63,912 bases of DNA, filler included, from Folioceros fuciformis (GCA_049999805.1; 13 parts of 13 records of this genome joined end to end with filler, not necessarily neighbours in it); one strand, 5' to 3'. Counted from the first letter of the whole stretch, positions 48,523 through 62,027 are shown. The notes: generated by a model from the letters alone, not told the origin. A program made the numbers and translations.

Positions 48523-50364
48523 TTAAGTCTCTGGCAAAGTGTACGCTGCTGAGTTCTTGTGAACTGTCTCTGGAAGCGCAGATTTGCCACATACCTTTCT
48601 TTCCAACATCCTTTCCACCTCTTCGAATGACAATCCCTTAGTTTCAGGCACATATAACACGACGAATAGAAATGCGACCAGAGCCAAGCAACCAAAGAGC
48701 ATAAATGTCCAGGAAGTTCCTATTGCTTGAGTGAGCGACAGGAAGGTTTGCGCCACAATCAAATTCGCTATCCAGTTTGCTGTTGCCGCGATACCTCCAC
48801 AAAAACCACGGAAGCGCAGTGGATATATTTCGGAGTTGACTGCCCATGGTACAGGACCCATCCCTGGAGAGAAGGCAGCGATATACAGGGCCAGACCCAG
48901 CAGAGCAATCCATCCGTAATGGCTCGGACAGCCTCTCTCAAACCAAGCTCTAGATTGATGTCGACAGTAGTCTGCGGTGGTGTCATTCAAGATGAGGCAA
49001 GAGCCTGGTAATTGCTGCACAAGGAGGTTCACGCTGGCTGTCAGCACTGTCCATCGCTAGCACGAGGAGCATGTCCATGGTTTCAAAGGAACCTGGGAAG
49101 CATGTCTTACTTGGTCACCGGACGCTGCGCAGAAGCCACAATGCTTAGCCTTGAGGCAGGAAGTGCAGTCGCGAATGTGGTCTGGTCGTCGTTGATAGGC
49201 AGGACAGACAAAGGACTCAGAAAAGGATGCAACGTCCGGTGAATCTCCAGCTGTAAGATTGAATGCAGCTGATAAGATAGCTAGGGCTAGAATCACGCCC
49301 AACAAGCTGCACATTGCTAACTTCCGCCGTCCAGTGCGATCCATGAGGAAAATGCCAGCAACTGTCCCCATTGCATTCATGCCAGCTACAATGAGAGAAA
49401 GTAGCAGTGCCGTCTGATGTGAAGCGAAGCCTGCCTGCTCTACAATGCTTGGACTGTAGTACATGACGGTGTTGATTCCGGCAAGCTGCTGAAATATCTG
49501 CTCCACCCCATGCATGTGCCACAGACTGTCAGCAAACTCACAAGTTTATGCTTCATGGCTGAGCCTCACCTTAATTGCAAGTCGATGGTCACAGTTGCGT
49601 ACCTGCAAACCAACTCCAGCTCGAAGTGCATACCGAATTTCCTTGGTGGCAACCACATCCCAAAGCCTCAACTTCCCAGCAGAGCTTTCAAGGTCCATTT
49701 CCACCGCCACTGCTGTTTCAAGCTCCCTTACTTCAGCTTCCACCTTGTCGGGCGAGTAAATTTTTTCAAGAATGGCCCTGGCTTCAGCATGCTTTTTCTG
49801 TGTCACACGAGAATGTGCAGCAGCCCGTAGGTGCACCCTATATCATCAACAGCTGAAAGGAGCATAAAGGGATATTCCCAGCATGAACTGTACGCTCAAT
49901 GACATACTTACCTTTCTGTAGAGCCAGCGAGGCGATTCCGGCAAGAAGAACATCAAAACACCTTGGACAAGCGCAGGCAGCGCGGCTACTCCTAACATCC
50001 ACCGCCATGTTCCTGGCGCCTACAACAGAGTGCATCCAGCCCTGACTCTCAGCCAACTCAAATTCACCTGAAACCCGCCCAACAAACTCCGACCACAGAC
50101 GTACGCGGAGGGTCGGCGCGGGTACCTTTGTGAAAGCCAAATTAATAAGATACGATAGGAATTGACCTCCAGTGATGAACAAGACGTTCACAGTCACCAA
50201 TGCTCCTCGAATCCCAGCAGGCGAAGCCTCCGCAATGTACAAGGGTGCAGTCATGGATGCCACGCCGACGCCCAAGCCCACCAACACCCTCCCCACAATC
50301 AGCACGTACGCGTTCGGTGCAGCCGCCATCAAAGCCGCCCCCAGCACAAACACAACATCAGCGA
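48523..50364 (-). CDS. INT: MFS inositol transporter, INT2/INT4-type (5'-partial, multi-exon)
   Basis: [48 protein letters not shown], Cys loop [44 protein letters not shown]. Confidence 0.93.
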
Positions 50365-50464
50365 NNNNNNNNNNNNNNNNNNNNNNNNNNNNNNNNNNNN
50401 NNNNNNNNTTAATTAATTAANNNNNNNNNNNNNNNNNNNNNNNNNNNNNNNNNNNNNNNNNNNN

Positions 50465-51861
50465 GGACTCCACTGAGTTCCACCACACCTTCAGGCGCGA
50501 GTTCTTCTCTGCTTCCGAGATGTTAAGCGCCTGCAGAGCGTCCCCCACCGCGTGCGAGAATGGCCGCAGATCGGCTTGATTCAGCCACGCATCCTCCACG
50601 GCCTGAAGACAAGCCACCGCGCCGTAGGATGTCGGTGAGAAAAATCGTGCACGTCTTTCATAAGGAAGACACCATTCACTGTAGGAAGTGCATGGAGTGC
50701 AGCGAGCGAGGAGTACCTGCAACTGAGGGCCAGCCTTGCCGGCGGCCACGGCCTTGGCGAGCACATCGACCAGGTGCTTATCCTTCACCGCCGGGTTGGA
50801 AGCCCCGAGAATGAAGGGATGGTCCCGAGGATCAATGTTGGATTGCAACAGAGTGGCCGCCACGGAATCACTTCTGGCGATGACGATGGTCTCGACTCCC
50901 ATGATGTCGCACTGGAGCCTGGCTGCCACGAGCCGGTTGATGTGCTCCGAGGTGGCCACCAGGACCTGCATAGCCAAGGGACGAGGTCAAGCGAGCGATC
51001 GGCAAGCGATCCTGCAGGCTTGGATCGTTCATACGTAGATGCCTAGTATACCTTCCCTCCCATGTGCCCGCACTTTTTGGTGACGGAGGCCTGATCCTCC
51101 ATGTGGATGCCGGCCGCGCCGCGCTCCACGAACAATTTGACGAGCTTGACGGTGGCGGTGGTGCCGCCGAAGCCGGTGTCGCCGTCGGCGATGATCGGCG
51201 GCAGGAAATCCACGCGGGGGGTGGCCATCCTCTGCTGCGGGGACATGTTCATGCGCGCCTCCCTCTGCTTGCGATCGTGGAATTGCTGCGCCATGAAGAG
51301 ATGCTCCACCTTGTTCGGCACGGTGTCCATGGGGTAGTCGGCCAGGTCGGGGCCCGGCTCGTTGGAGGTGGTGGCAGTGGAGGCGCACTGCCAGCCGGAG
51401 ACGTAGATGGAATCGAGGTACTTGGCCATCTGCGTCACCTGCACCGGATCCAGCGCGCCGAAGGTGCGGGAGCACGTCCCGTTGGCGTGGTGCCGCTTCA
51501 GCAGGCCCCAGAGCTTCCTGGCCTGCTCCCCCGACGCATAATGCTGCCGCAAGGATCCCCGCAGCCGCACCACCTCCGCCGCGCTGTACGGCCTGCGCGT
51601 CAACCTGAATCTCTCGCTCCCCCACCACGCTTCCACCTCCCGGACTTCCGCATCGAACTCCACCTTCTCCGGGTCCTGCACAGTCTGCACATTCGTGCGG
51701 TTCCAACACAAGTGACGTCGGCAATCAATCAGAGGACGCAGCTCCACCAGTGTTTCCTCCCGGCACCGTACTGCAACGCTTTAACTTACAGAAGCACGGG
51801 TACCGCAACACAAACAGTCACTGGCAGGTATGCATGCACTCACTCTCAGCACAGTTGCCAT
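50465..51861 (-). CDS. ICL: Isocitrate lyase (3'-partial, multi-exon)
   Basis: Catalytic [42 protein letters not shown]. First exon MATVLR at 51844-51861 followed by a GTGAGT donor. Confidence 0.96.
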
Positions 51862-51914
51862 TTCTGCTCTCGAAGAAAGTAAAACCTCTAGCTGCTGGGC
51901 TGCAAAGTGCGGGA

Positions 51915-51981
51915 GCGGAGGAGGCAGACGATCGAGCGGAGGAGGCAGACGATCGAGCAGAGGAGGCAGACGATCGCGCGG
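51915..51981. repeat. 21-bp tandem repeat x3 in the ICL 5' region
   Basis: Unit GCGGAGGAGGCAGACGATCGA. Confidence 0.85.
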
Positions 51982-53241
51982 AACAGCTGGAACCGATGCA
52001 AGCTGGGACGAAGGCGAGGCTATTTATCACCCGACCAGAGCTTGAGCGAGAGAGAGGCGTCAGATGGTTGAGTGACGCGCTCCACACATCCAAAGATATG
52101 GCACGTTTCGAATTTCATTAAATGGGCCTTTAGGTGCCTTTTGACATTGATTAGGCCTCTAGATGCCTGGTCACATTGAATAGGCCTATACAGTAGAGCA
52201 TTTTCATAGACAACCCACGCCTCTTCACTCTCATGACTCTTACAAGACAATTTGGAAAACCGGACACTTCCAGATGTAAAAAAACGATCCAATCAGATTC
52301 ATCCAGAGCACGAGTGTCACCAGGCGCTCCCCAGCCTGCGGACGATCGAAGCTCGGGGCGTAGCCGGGAAGGAGAGAAGAGTGCAGGAAATGGCGGCGAG
52401 GACGGCCGATGCCGTGGCGACGCCTTCACTCCGCCATCGCCATCGCCATCGCCATCGCCGGGAGCGGCTCGCATCAGTGAGAAGTCACCAACTTCGACGT
52501 GGATGCCACCTCTCTCCGCCATGTCTAGGCCCCGTCGGGGCCGGTATCGCCACGCAAGTGCCGCCGCGAGAGTATAGCCGCAGTCGCCGAGGGATTATGT
52601 GCTGGACTGGAGACATTTGCGCAATGACTGCAGTTCGTCGTTGTCAATTACGTATGTTCCGGACGGTTCCGAATACCCTGGTGGCGTCTTTGGGAGTTGG
52701 AGCTTGCGGCTTCCTGGCTTCTTCGGAGTGACTCAGATCGGGGGCTTCGAATTCGCACGTACATATTTCCTTCACTGTCAGGCTGTATGATGTATCAACC
52801 TTGTACAGTGTCCACCGACGTACGCTATCCAGTGCTGCAACTGGCAGTTGGATCTTCCAGTTTGCAACGCGTGAATCGCTGGAAGGGCTCCACCAAGGCC
52901 AAGATCAGCTTGTGCCGCGAGATTGCTGCTAATTCCACCTTTATTCGGTCACCAGTCAAATCTGCCCTAGGGCCTCTCAAGCTTCTTCGGATTTGGCTCA
53001 CCGGATCTCTGGAGAGTGCCGCGGATTCCCAAGCTTCCATGAGCTTGCGCAATTCAGAAGATTCCAGTACTAGTGTTCCCGAACTTTGGTCAGTTGATAT
53101 CAGGTTTTGAACAAAGTTGGCCGCGAATCTTTGCTATAAAAGTTGGCCGCACACTTGAGACTTTCTTCAGCCACGAAATCCTCCACCGACTTGCAATTGC
53201 TTCTAGTTGAATGTATGCGACTCGCAATTGCTTCTAGATTT

Positions 53242-53580
53242 GCCAATCTAACGTGTCTGTATAGAAATGTCCGAGCGCTGGGATCTGGACGTTGAGCCAA
53301 TCTAACGTGTCTGCATAGAAATGTTCGAGCGGTGGGATCTGGACGTTGAGCGGGCGGGTCGGAAGGTAAGCACGGTGCAAAGCGTGCTTGCTTTAGGGTT
53401 TAAGCAAAATGGTTGTGGAAGCTTAAACCCGGTTTCACGGGTTGGCAAAACTGAGCGATACGAGTACAGGTGATTTCCTGTACGGAGAGTGAAGGGCTAT
53501 CGCGGTGCGGTATGTGATTTCCTGTACGGAGGGTGAAGGGGGATCGCGGTATGTGATGTCCTGTACGGAGGGTGAAGAGA
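53242..53580. repeat. Cluster of short direct repeats (54-bp x2 at 53242-53351; GTGATTTCCTGTACGGAGGGTGAAG x3 at about 53470-53577)
   Basis: Direct inspection. Confidence 0.8.
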
Positions 53581-53995
53581 GATGCATGGGGAGGATGGAT
53601 GGGGACGCCATGCCACGGGGGATTACACACGGGAGACGCATTTATTGGATCGGGAGATTGAGTTGTAGGCAGCTCGGACACATTTCTTGGATCGTGGATA
53701 GAGAGACGTAGGCAGCTCGGACACAGTCTGATTTGTCACTACCTCAGGTTCCGACACGGCCTCATTTGTCACTACCACAAACCTGACTACCAAAAGACGT
53801 GAACGCACCTGAAATGCACTGCACCACTGGCACACGTGCTCCTCCTGTCTCGGAACAAGCGCCGAGCTCCCTGACAGGATCATCGGTACATCGTATAGAA
53901 GGTGCAGTTCTGTGATCGCTTTCAGTCTCGCAGGCTTATCCAGACAGCCAGGGGCCGCATTCTACTCCTACCGACAATTCTACTCCACAATCGGA

Positions 53996-54109
53996 ACCAG
54001 ATGAACAAATGGTGGACCGACAGCATGCATGATCAGGATATCCAGCACCTGGCACCAGATGAACAAATGGTGTGACCGACAGCAAGATCAGGATATCCAG
54101 CACCTGGCG
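53996..54109. repeat. About 58-bp direct duplication
   Basis: ACCAGATGAACAAATGGTG...GATCAGGATATCCAGCACCTGGC occurs twice. Confidence 0.8.
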
Positions 54110-55390
54110 CCTCCCAAGTTAACTTCGTCTGCTGTTGCCCGTACATGCAGCACAGAAGACACTGAAAGTGGTCACCACCAGGCGAGCCGGGGTTGCTCAT
54201 AGTGCGTGGACGGAATCCGAAGTGGCCATGGTCATGAACTGCAGCTGGCGCGACAAGGACCGGAAACTCGCTTTCAGGATAATAACTGCATGCTAACCCT
54301 TTCAAAATTGCATCCACGCTCAGTGCCGAGTGATGACGTTCGCTTGACGCCAGTAGGACAAGGACTATCCACGCACTCCCAAGCTAACTAATCTCGGTTC
54401 TTTCCTGTAGATCCGGCACAGGACACAGTGCAGCAGTACTGCACTTCCTGACGGGACAAGCGCCGGGGTGGCCATGATCTGCAACTGCAACCGAGGCCGG
54501 AGCTGGCACCCTGAGGACAAACACCGGAACTTCCGACTCCGTTTTGCAGCCAACAATGGCACTCGTCTTCACAGAGCAAGCAAATGCATCCTTCCTGAAG
54601 ACAAACATAAACCTCAGAGAAAGAAGGTCGGGACTCCCGGGAGCTCCTCACGCCGCCCTTCCCGGGCAATTCACACAAACAGTCTGCATCGGGTCTGCTC
54701 CAATTCTAAATTCGTGCCAAACAGAAACCGGATCCTTCCTCGATTCCGAAACGCTCCCTGCACCAGCTCGTGCACAGAATCTAGTGAACCACCGGCTGCT
54801 ACGCGCGATGTACTGATCCAACACTCCGACTCCCGCCCCGGTAACCGCGTCTGCGTCCCCGGGCCCGTCCCCCGTACCCGAGCAGGTGGCGGCAGCAGTG
54901 GCCCGTTCCTCCAGGATCTGCTCTCTCCCGCCTCGCCTGGCCTCCACCAGCGCAGCCATCTCCCGGTGCGCCTCGTCCTCCACACCATCGCGCAGAAACT
55001 CGCGCGCCAAGACGCTTCATGGCGCCATCCCGTCCAACCCCTTCATCCATCCCGTGACGCTGCTGCAGTCCCCGTCCGCCCTATTCCAGCTCCTCGCCGC
55101 GAGCATCTGGCAGCGGAACGCCGCGGGGACGCGGCACCCGGCTGCTTCCCCCGCGCGCAGCGTGAGCGCTCGCGGCACATCCGCCGCCAGAGGCTGCACN
55201 NNNNNNNNNNNNNNNNNNNNNNNNNNNNNNNNNNNNNNNNNNNTTAATTAATTAANNNNNNNNNNNNNNNNNNNNNNNNNNNNNNNNNNNNNNNNNNNNT
55301 ACAAAATGTCACTCAATTCTTTAATTAAAGCAATAGGTAATTTTGAGAATGATATTCGAAGTGGCTAGTACCTTTTCAGTTGAGTTTACA

Positions 55391-55585
55391 TCTTTGGAGT
55401 AGATAGAATTTTCTACTTTTTTTTTCAATAATAGAAAGTACCCTTGTGAAGTATATTCTTTGTATCATCCATTTTTATTTTTATGTCTCTTTGGAGTAGA
55501 TAGAACTTTCTATCTTTTTTTTTCAATAATAGAAAGTACCCTTGTGAAGTATATTCTTTGTATCATCCATTTTTATTTTATGTCC
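55391..55585. repeat. About 97-bp AT-rich tandem duplication
   Basis: TCTTTGGAGTAGATAGAA...TTTTATGTC occurs twice. Confidence 0.9.
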
Positions 55586-56204
55586 TAAACACTTATAGGT
55601 AACTACCTTATCTTAAGCTTTTGCCTAGAAAAAGAGTATTTTATCTATAACTTTGTGATTTTGGAAAGTGAGGCTTATAAAATTTTATTTATATTAAAAA
55701 TTATATTGAAATTTAAAAATAAAATAAAAAGGTTTCTTATGCACTTATGCTTGTGCCCTAAGCCCTAAAACCTTTGGGGGTTAGCCCTAGTGTTCCTATC
55801 ATGGTTTATCTTCCTCTGTAGAGGTAGAGGGTTTTTCTGTCTTATTTTTTCAATTATATAAATCACCATCTTATGCTTGTGCTCCATGGAATAGATGTCT
55901 TATGAATTGTTAGAAGGTGTATTGGAGTGTGCTCTAGCATCTTTTACAGGGTGGTGTGGTATTCCCTAATGGACACATGGAGAATACATTGGACTATTGT
56001 GAAATCAATGGACTGATTGGTGGTGCATCACTAGCAATCAAGGCAAGCATTGAAGGAGTTGCCACTGTAGCTTGGCTGGTGCTTGAGCACGAGGCTCCTA
56101 AGACAACACTAGGCATGCATGAGAAAGAGTTTTTAGGAGAGAATTCATGTAGGAGGTGTGCACAGTGATTGCAACACGAACAACAATCATATGGCAAGAA
56201 GTCA

Positions 56205-56545
56205 ATGCTGAAATTTGATTTGTGGAGGTAGGGCTGCACTTGGATGGCATTGAAATCCTCAAAATTTGATTCATGGAGACAAAGTTGGAAGTGGATGACA
56301 TCAACATCAAAGCCCTTGAAATTTGATAAGTGGAGATAGAGTTGGAAGTAGGTGACATCAACATCGAAGCCCTTGAAATTTGATTCGTGGAGACAGAGTT
56401 GGAAGTGGATGATGTCAACATTGAAGCACTTGAAATTTGATTCGTGGAGATAGAACTAGTTGGAAGTGGATGACATCAACATCGAAGCCCTTGAAATTTG
56501 ATTTGTGGAGACAATTGGAAGTGGATGACATCAACATTGAAGCCA
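56205..56545. repeat. 57-bp minisatellite, about 6 units
   Basis: Unit TTGAAATTTGATTCGTGGAGACAGAGTTGGAAGTGGATGACATCAACATCGAAGCCC. Confidence 0.9.
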
Positions 56546-57349
56546 CAGGCTACATAGACACTTCATTTGATGGAGCTTAACAACATAGCCCATAGAGGAG
56601 GTATTTACACTCGTCGCTGCACACAACAATTCCATCCTAAGATAATAATGCACGTCCACCTAATGCACAATTTGAGTGCATAGCCTTCACACAAGAATAA
56701 AATGGTCATGATATGTGCATAGACTTTGTTCACCTAGTGTTGTTCACCCTCACGTCTGGGAAAGACATGGAATGAAAAAAGGGACAGTAGCCCGTATACT
56801 GGATATGCTAACATCACAAAACCCTAATCCAAGCGGCAGAAGAAAAACTTGTAAAACACATGCGAATATCGGTACACGGCAGGTGAAGTCAATATCGAAT
56901 AAAAAGCTGAAGGTCCAAGGAGGAGAGTCTAACCTAGGGAGCAAACTACCCTCGAATGCGGAAGAAAAGAGCTAAAGGTTGAGCAGATACTTAGTTGAGG
57001 TGCTCTAAGCTCTCAAGTCTGGGCTTTTCAAACGTTTGTGTGAGCCCTCCACGAGTAAGTGATCCTGTTCGTTCTCTGAGGACGTGTATGATTGCACTCG
57101 GGTGTATTCGGTCAATCCCAGACGCTTTCGTGCTATTCAGGAGGAGGCATCGACTGTCTGTTGCTCGCGCTGCTGATCACTGGAGAGCTGCTGTCATGCC
57201 TGGCGGGCCGAATTCGCAGAGCGGCCGGGGCCCGTTCCGGGGCCACGGTNNNNNNNNNNNNNNNNNNNNNNNNNNNNNNNNNNNNNNNNNNNNTTAATTA
57301 ATTAANNNNNNNNNNNNNNNNNNNNNNNNNNNNNNNNNNNNNNNNNNNN

Positions 57350-60300
57350 CAGGTTGAACTTTGCTAGGCTGTCGAGGATATACTTGCGCTGTGACACGGT
57401 GAGAACCCTATTCTTCCTGTCACGTTTTATCTCGACTCCAAGGCACCAGGTAAGTTCCCCAATGTCTGTCATGTCGAACTCAGCCTTCAGCAGATTTTTG
57501 ACCATGCCTATCAAGCTCCCTGGACCAAGTGTCCCCGCCATGACCAGGTCGTCGACATACACCAGGAGCATCAGATATGCTCCTCCTTTTCTGAGTATAT
57601 ACAGGTTTGTGTCCGCAGCTGATGTTTGAAAACCGCATTTGTTGACTAGAAATCCATCCAGACGTGTGTGCCAGGCTCTAGGGCTTTGCTTCAGCCCATA
57701 CAATGTTTTGTGAAGTTTGCACACTAAATTCTCCTTACCTTTCTGGATGTAGCCTTCCGGTTGAGACATGTAGATTTCTTCCTCCAGCTGGCCATTGAGG
57801 AATGCGGTGTGGACGTCCATCTGCTGCAAGTCAAGGTCACAGTGTGCAGCGACTGCAAGTACCATACGTAAGGTTGGGAACTTGATCACAGGGGCAAAAG
57901 TTTCAAAGTAGTCTTCGCCAGGTTTCTGTGAAAATCCCCGAACCACGAGGCGTGCTTTGTATCTTTCAATTGAGCCGTCTGCCTTATATTTTGTTTTAAA
58001 CACCCACTTACAGGAAATTGCTCTCCTGTTTGATGGCAGAGGCTGCAAGGACCATGTCCGATTTTTGATGAGGGAGTCGTACTCTTCCTTCACTGCTTGT
58101 TTCCACTTGCTTGAGTCAGGACCAGAATAGGCCTCCTTCATTGTTAACGGGTCTCGAGGATCCACTAGTGCAACTGCCAGGGCGTGCTCAACTTCTTTGC
58201 GGACTGAGAAATCCGGGACACCAGATTGTAATGTGGCCAGCAGCGACACGTCACCAAGTGTGTCATTATCCCCGCCTTCTTCATGGTCAGACTCCCCCAC
58301 TGTAGCTGGCATGGATTCCACCGTTTTGCCTGTAGACCAGTCAGTGTGACTGTGCCTGGTCCAGTAACTGGGGTCAAACTGGACAGGTGCTGACTGGTTC
58401 CGGGATGGATACCGGGATGTGGAGGCAGCTTGCTCCACTACAGGCTCAGGTTGCACTTCTTGCACATTCATATCTGCTCGTGCATCCAGGTCAGCTGGGA
58501 GATCGTCTGAGACATCAATGGTGGCCGAGTCATCTTTGACATCCATGGATATGCTACTATTGGATTGATCAAATTGAGACAGCTGGCCCCTCACGTCAGC
58601 CTTGAAATGTCCAGGGACCTCAGAGAACTCCAGGTATTCCTCCTCTGCCTGGTCTGGTGCTGACGAGTCATGCATGGGTGAAAGCAGGCTGACTTCGTCG
58701 AAGACTACGCTCCTAGCATATTGTGCACTTCGTGTTTGAGGATCGAAGAGCTTGTATGCCTTAATGCCATCAGTGTATCCAATAAAAATCAACTTCTTGG
58801 CACGGTCTGACAGTTTTGAGTGAGCTAACTTCTCCTTTGGAATATGTGCGTAGGCTGGTGAGCCAAAAGTGCGAAGATGTTGCACAGACGGTTTCCTCCC
58901 ACACCATGCTTCATACGGGGTTTTTCCTTGAAGAGCTTTGCAAGGTAAGCGATTATAAAGATAATTTGCTGTGTAAATCGCTTCTCCCCAGTATGCTAAG
59001 GGCAAATGTGCCTGCTTAAGTAATGTTCTGGCAATGTCTTGTGCAGACCGATTTCTGCGTTCAGCCACTCCATTCTGAGATGAACTGTACGGCACTGTAT
59101 ACTGCCTCAAGATGCCCAGATCACTGCAGTATGAGTTAAATGCTTCAGAGTCGAATTCTCCTCCATTATCCGTACGCAGGCAAAGCAGTTTCTTACAGGT
59201 CTGTCTCTCCACCATGGTCTTGTACTGTTTAAAGCATGCAAATGCATCACTTTTGTGTTTGAGAACATATACATGACCAAAGCGGCTGTAGTCATCAATG
59301 AAAGTCAAGAAATAAATCCCTCCTCCAAACGAGGGTGTAGAGACTGGCCCGCACAGATCTGCATGCACCAGCTGCAGGGCTTCAGCTGCGCGAGTGCCTC
59401 CTCCCTTTGGAAAGGCTGTTTTGTGATGCTTCCCAAATACACATGCTTCGCAAAAAGGTAAAGACGTGAGTTTTGTCGGTACTCCATCTGTGTAGATGTC
59501 CTTTGTACTCATGTCTTTCAACTTGCGTGGGTTTGGATGTCCCAAGCGCATGTGCCAGATTCTGGTGACATCTGAGTCAGAGACACTGGGGCTGACCCCT
59601 GCCAGCTGTGCTGATGGTACGGGAAGACTGGAGACATTCAAGAGAAACAAATCATTAGATAAGTGACCTGTAGCAATGGGCTTGCCAGACTGCTTGATCT
59701 CGCACATAGACCTCTTGAAGGACACCTCTATCTCTCTGCTGCGCACAAGTTGACACACTGACACCAGGTTTTTTGTGATTGCAGGAACGTGAAGTACACT
59801 GTTCGGGACCAAGGTGCTGCCATTTTCCAACCTCAAGGTGACACTACCCACACCTCTAATTTGCAGCTCATTGTCGTCCCCTAGCAGGACATTTTGTGAC
59901 TCAGAGTGGAGAATGTATTGAGAAAAAGCAAACCTGTCATGACAAATGTGGGCAGTTGCCCCTGAATCTATAAACCAACTTGGTGTGTGAGACTCTGTTG
60001 CGGACAGACAGACTGTTAGGATAGTAGGTGAATTTTTGACATGTGCTGACTGAGGCCTTGACTGTTTTGGAGGGGGAGAGGCCTCAGAGAAGGGGGATGC
60101 TCGAACCATCAGCACAGACGGCGTCGACTTCTCCTTCTTGGCCACAGTATTGGCCTCAGGAGCAGGTACCCGTCTGGGTTCGCCATTCTTCTTCTTTCTG
60201 CAATCTCTCTCCCAGTGATTAGGCAATCCGCACCAGTTGCAGTTGCCTTGTCTCTTCTTGCTTGTTGATGCCTCACCTGATGGAGCTGACCCGAAACCCT

Positions 60301-61237
60301 TAGACTTGAAAGGCTTTCCAGGTGCTTTTCGTGGCCCCTTAGGCCGGGCTGCAAACAATGCCTGCCCCCTAGGTGGCTTAGCAGCAGATAAGGTCTGCCT
60401 GCTAACCTCTTCCATCATTAGAGCTCCTATGAGTTCATTCACATTCAGAGTTGGAATTTCATCCTCGTTCAGATTTGAAACCAGTGCAAGTTGTTGTGCC
60501 AGACGTAATACTGCATTTTGGCTGGTGACAAAATTGATGTAACTTGCAGGAAGAGCTGAAAGGAGCCTCATACACGCCTCTGACTCCTTCACTCGAGTGC
60601 CAGACTGCTCCAACTTGAGACGCGCAACTCGGAACTTCCCAATAAATTGGTCCAGAGGTTCTCCTTCACGCATTTTCAAGCTGTAGTACTTAGTGCTGGC
60701 TGACATCGTTGTCATCATATCTTTGCCATGATACACCATACTCAGGTGATCCCACATCTCTTTGGATGTTGTTGCAGCTGATGTGGCAGTGACCATCTCC
60801 TCAACCAAGCCGAGCCTGATTGCACTTTGTGCCCGGATGTCCAGGAAATCCCACATTTCTTGGTCCTCTGACCGCTGTCCTGGAAGCTGCATAGGGTCAT
60901 CAAACGGGCGTGGGACATCGCCAAAAACATGCCCCCACAGAGAAAGCTCCATCAGAATTCCCTTCATTCTCAACTTCCAGACATCATAATTAGCACCACT
61001 TGTAAGCCTGTCTTTCTCCTTGAACTCGAAACGAACAGGCTGCATATTTTTGATCAGTTTCGCTGAAACACTTATGTTGCTGTCTCTTCGATCAGGTCGA
61101 TCTTCAGGGCGACGATCTGCATCAAAGTTGTTGGCTTCGTCACCCATCCCGAACAAAGATGCTATCCCGCTCAGAGAATCTTCTTCGAGTGACTGGTCAA
61201 TTAATTCTGAGACAGCATCACTTCCATGAAACTGCAT
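57350..61237 (-). CDS. Ty1/Copia gag-pol polyprotein (Copia 2), 3'-truncated by the contig end
   Basis: CNWCGLPNHWERDC, WFIDSGAT, WHMRLGH, HADLCGP..TDNGGEF..NGVAERRN, KARLVVRGFSQ, VYVDD. Shares the N-terminal EKDRLTS with Copia 1. Confidence 0.97.
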
Positions 61238-61951
61238 TCAAGGAAGTGCTTGGGAAACTGCCGGCACAAATTCAGGTTCGGCAGGTCTCCTCTCATTGCT
61301 CATTGTGCCTACTTCAGGTATGCAATGTTTAGAAGCGTTAGTCTTATTCAAATGCTCGTTTTGTAACGACACAAGCAATCGCAGGTCTAAACTGCAAAGG
61401 TGAACATCAATTCTCTGCAGGGATTTCTCCAGTCTCTCCACAGACTCCGTCAACTGAAGAGAGCGCTTGAAGGCAGCCGTGACGTAATCGGCAAAGGTGC
61501 CGGTCAAATCACGAACTTCCTGTCTTATGCACTGCAGCAGGGTGCCGGGTGCTGGAAGTTGAATCTTTGCCTGATGTTCAGGAATGCTCCTACGGCTGAT
61601 CGCTCGATGACGGTGAGTGTCCAGGTACGCTGCGTCTTCGTGATATTGGTTCGAGGGTGCGCACTGACAGGGCCTTTCCTCCACGACGGTTGCAGGGGTG
61701 CTCCGATACAGGTGATAAGCTGGAGAGTCACGGGGCAGCAAAGTGTGCTCTCGTCTTCCAGTCTGACTTCGTCCAGGTCGGAATCCTCCTCTGCGGCTGT
61801 TGTGTCGGCGGTAGTGTCCCTGCCAGCGCGCATCCATGGCTTCACGAAGGTAAGCCCTGCATCCTCCTGCAGGCACTCGCAGCGCACCCAGCACTTGACT
61901 CCACAATCGCTTCTGCTGATTCAGAGTTGTATCTTCGCAGGCCAGGAGCAT
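61238..61951 (-). CDS. Extra ORF (ORF0) between PBS and gag of Copia 2; Arg-rich N-part and coiled-coil C-part
   Basis: 237 codons from ATG 61951; its TGA (61240-61238) directly precedes the in-frame ATG (61237) of the gag-pol ORF. Confidence 0.55.
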   Translation of the reverse strand: MLLACEDTTLNQQKRLWSQVLGALRVPAGGCRAYLREAMDARWQGHYRRHNSRRGGFRPGRSQTGRREHTLLPRDSPAYHLYRSTPATVVEERPCQCAPSNQYHEDAAYLDTHRHRAISRRSIPEHQAKIQLPAPGTLLQCIRQEVRDLTGTFADYVTAAFKRSLQLTESVERLEKSLQRIDVHLCSLDLRLLVSLQNEHLNKTNASKHCIPEVGTMSNERRPAEPEFVPAVSQALP

Positions 61952-62016
61952 GAACGCCACTCACGAGCGACGATCCTCATTGACTAACCTCCTCTCATCT
62001 CAACGCCTCATAGAGG

Positions 62017-62027
62017 GCTCTGATACC
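62017..62027 (-). promoter_or_regulatory. Primer-binding site for initiator tRNA-Met
   Basis: Minus strand reads GGTATCAGAGC; the canonical site is TGGTATCAGAGC and the first T is lost at the contig edge. Confidence 0.9.

Larger units (their letters stand above)
57350..62027 (-). mobile_element. Ty1/Copia LTR retrotransposon internal region from PBS to RT
   Basis: PBS, then ORF0, then gag-pol; the contig breaks at the expected 5' LTR boundary. Confidence 0.92.

Noticed and set aside
51029-51882. Overlapping 231-aa and 272-aa ORFs at ICL
   Set aside because: Alternative-frame and antisense shadows of the GC-rich ICL exon.
52390-55199. GC-rich frames upstream of ICL, including a Cys-rich stretch at 54388-54678
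   Set aside because: No recognisable domain or consistent splice model; left unannotated.
57196-57249. Possible gene start MPGGPNSQSGRGPFRGHG
   Set aside because: Only 18 codons before the contig ends; it cannot be supported.
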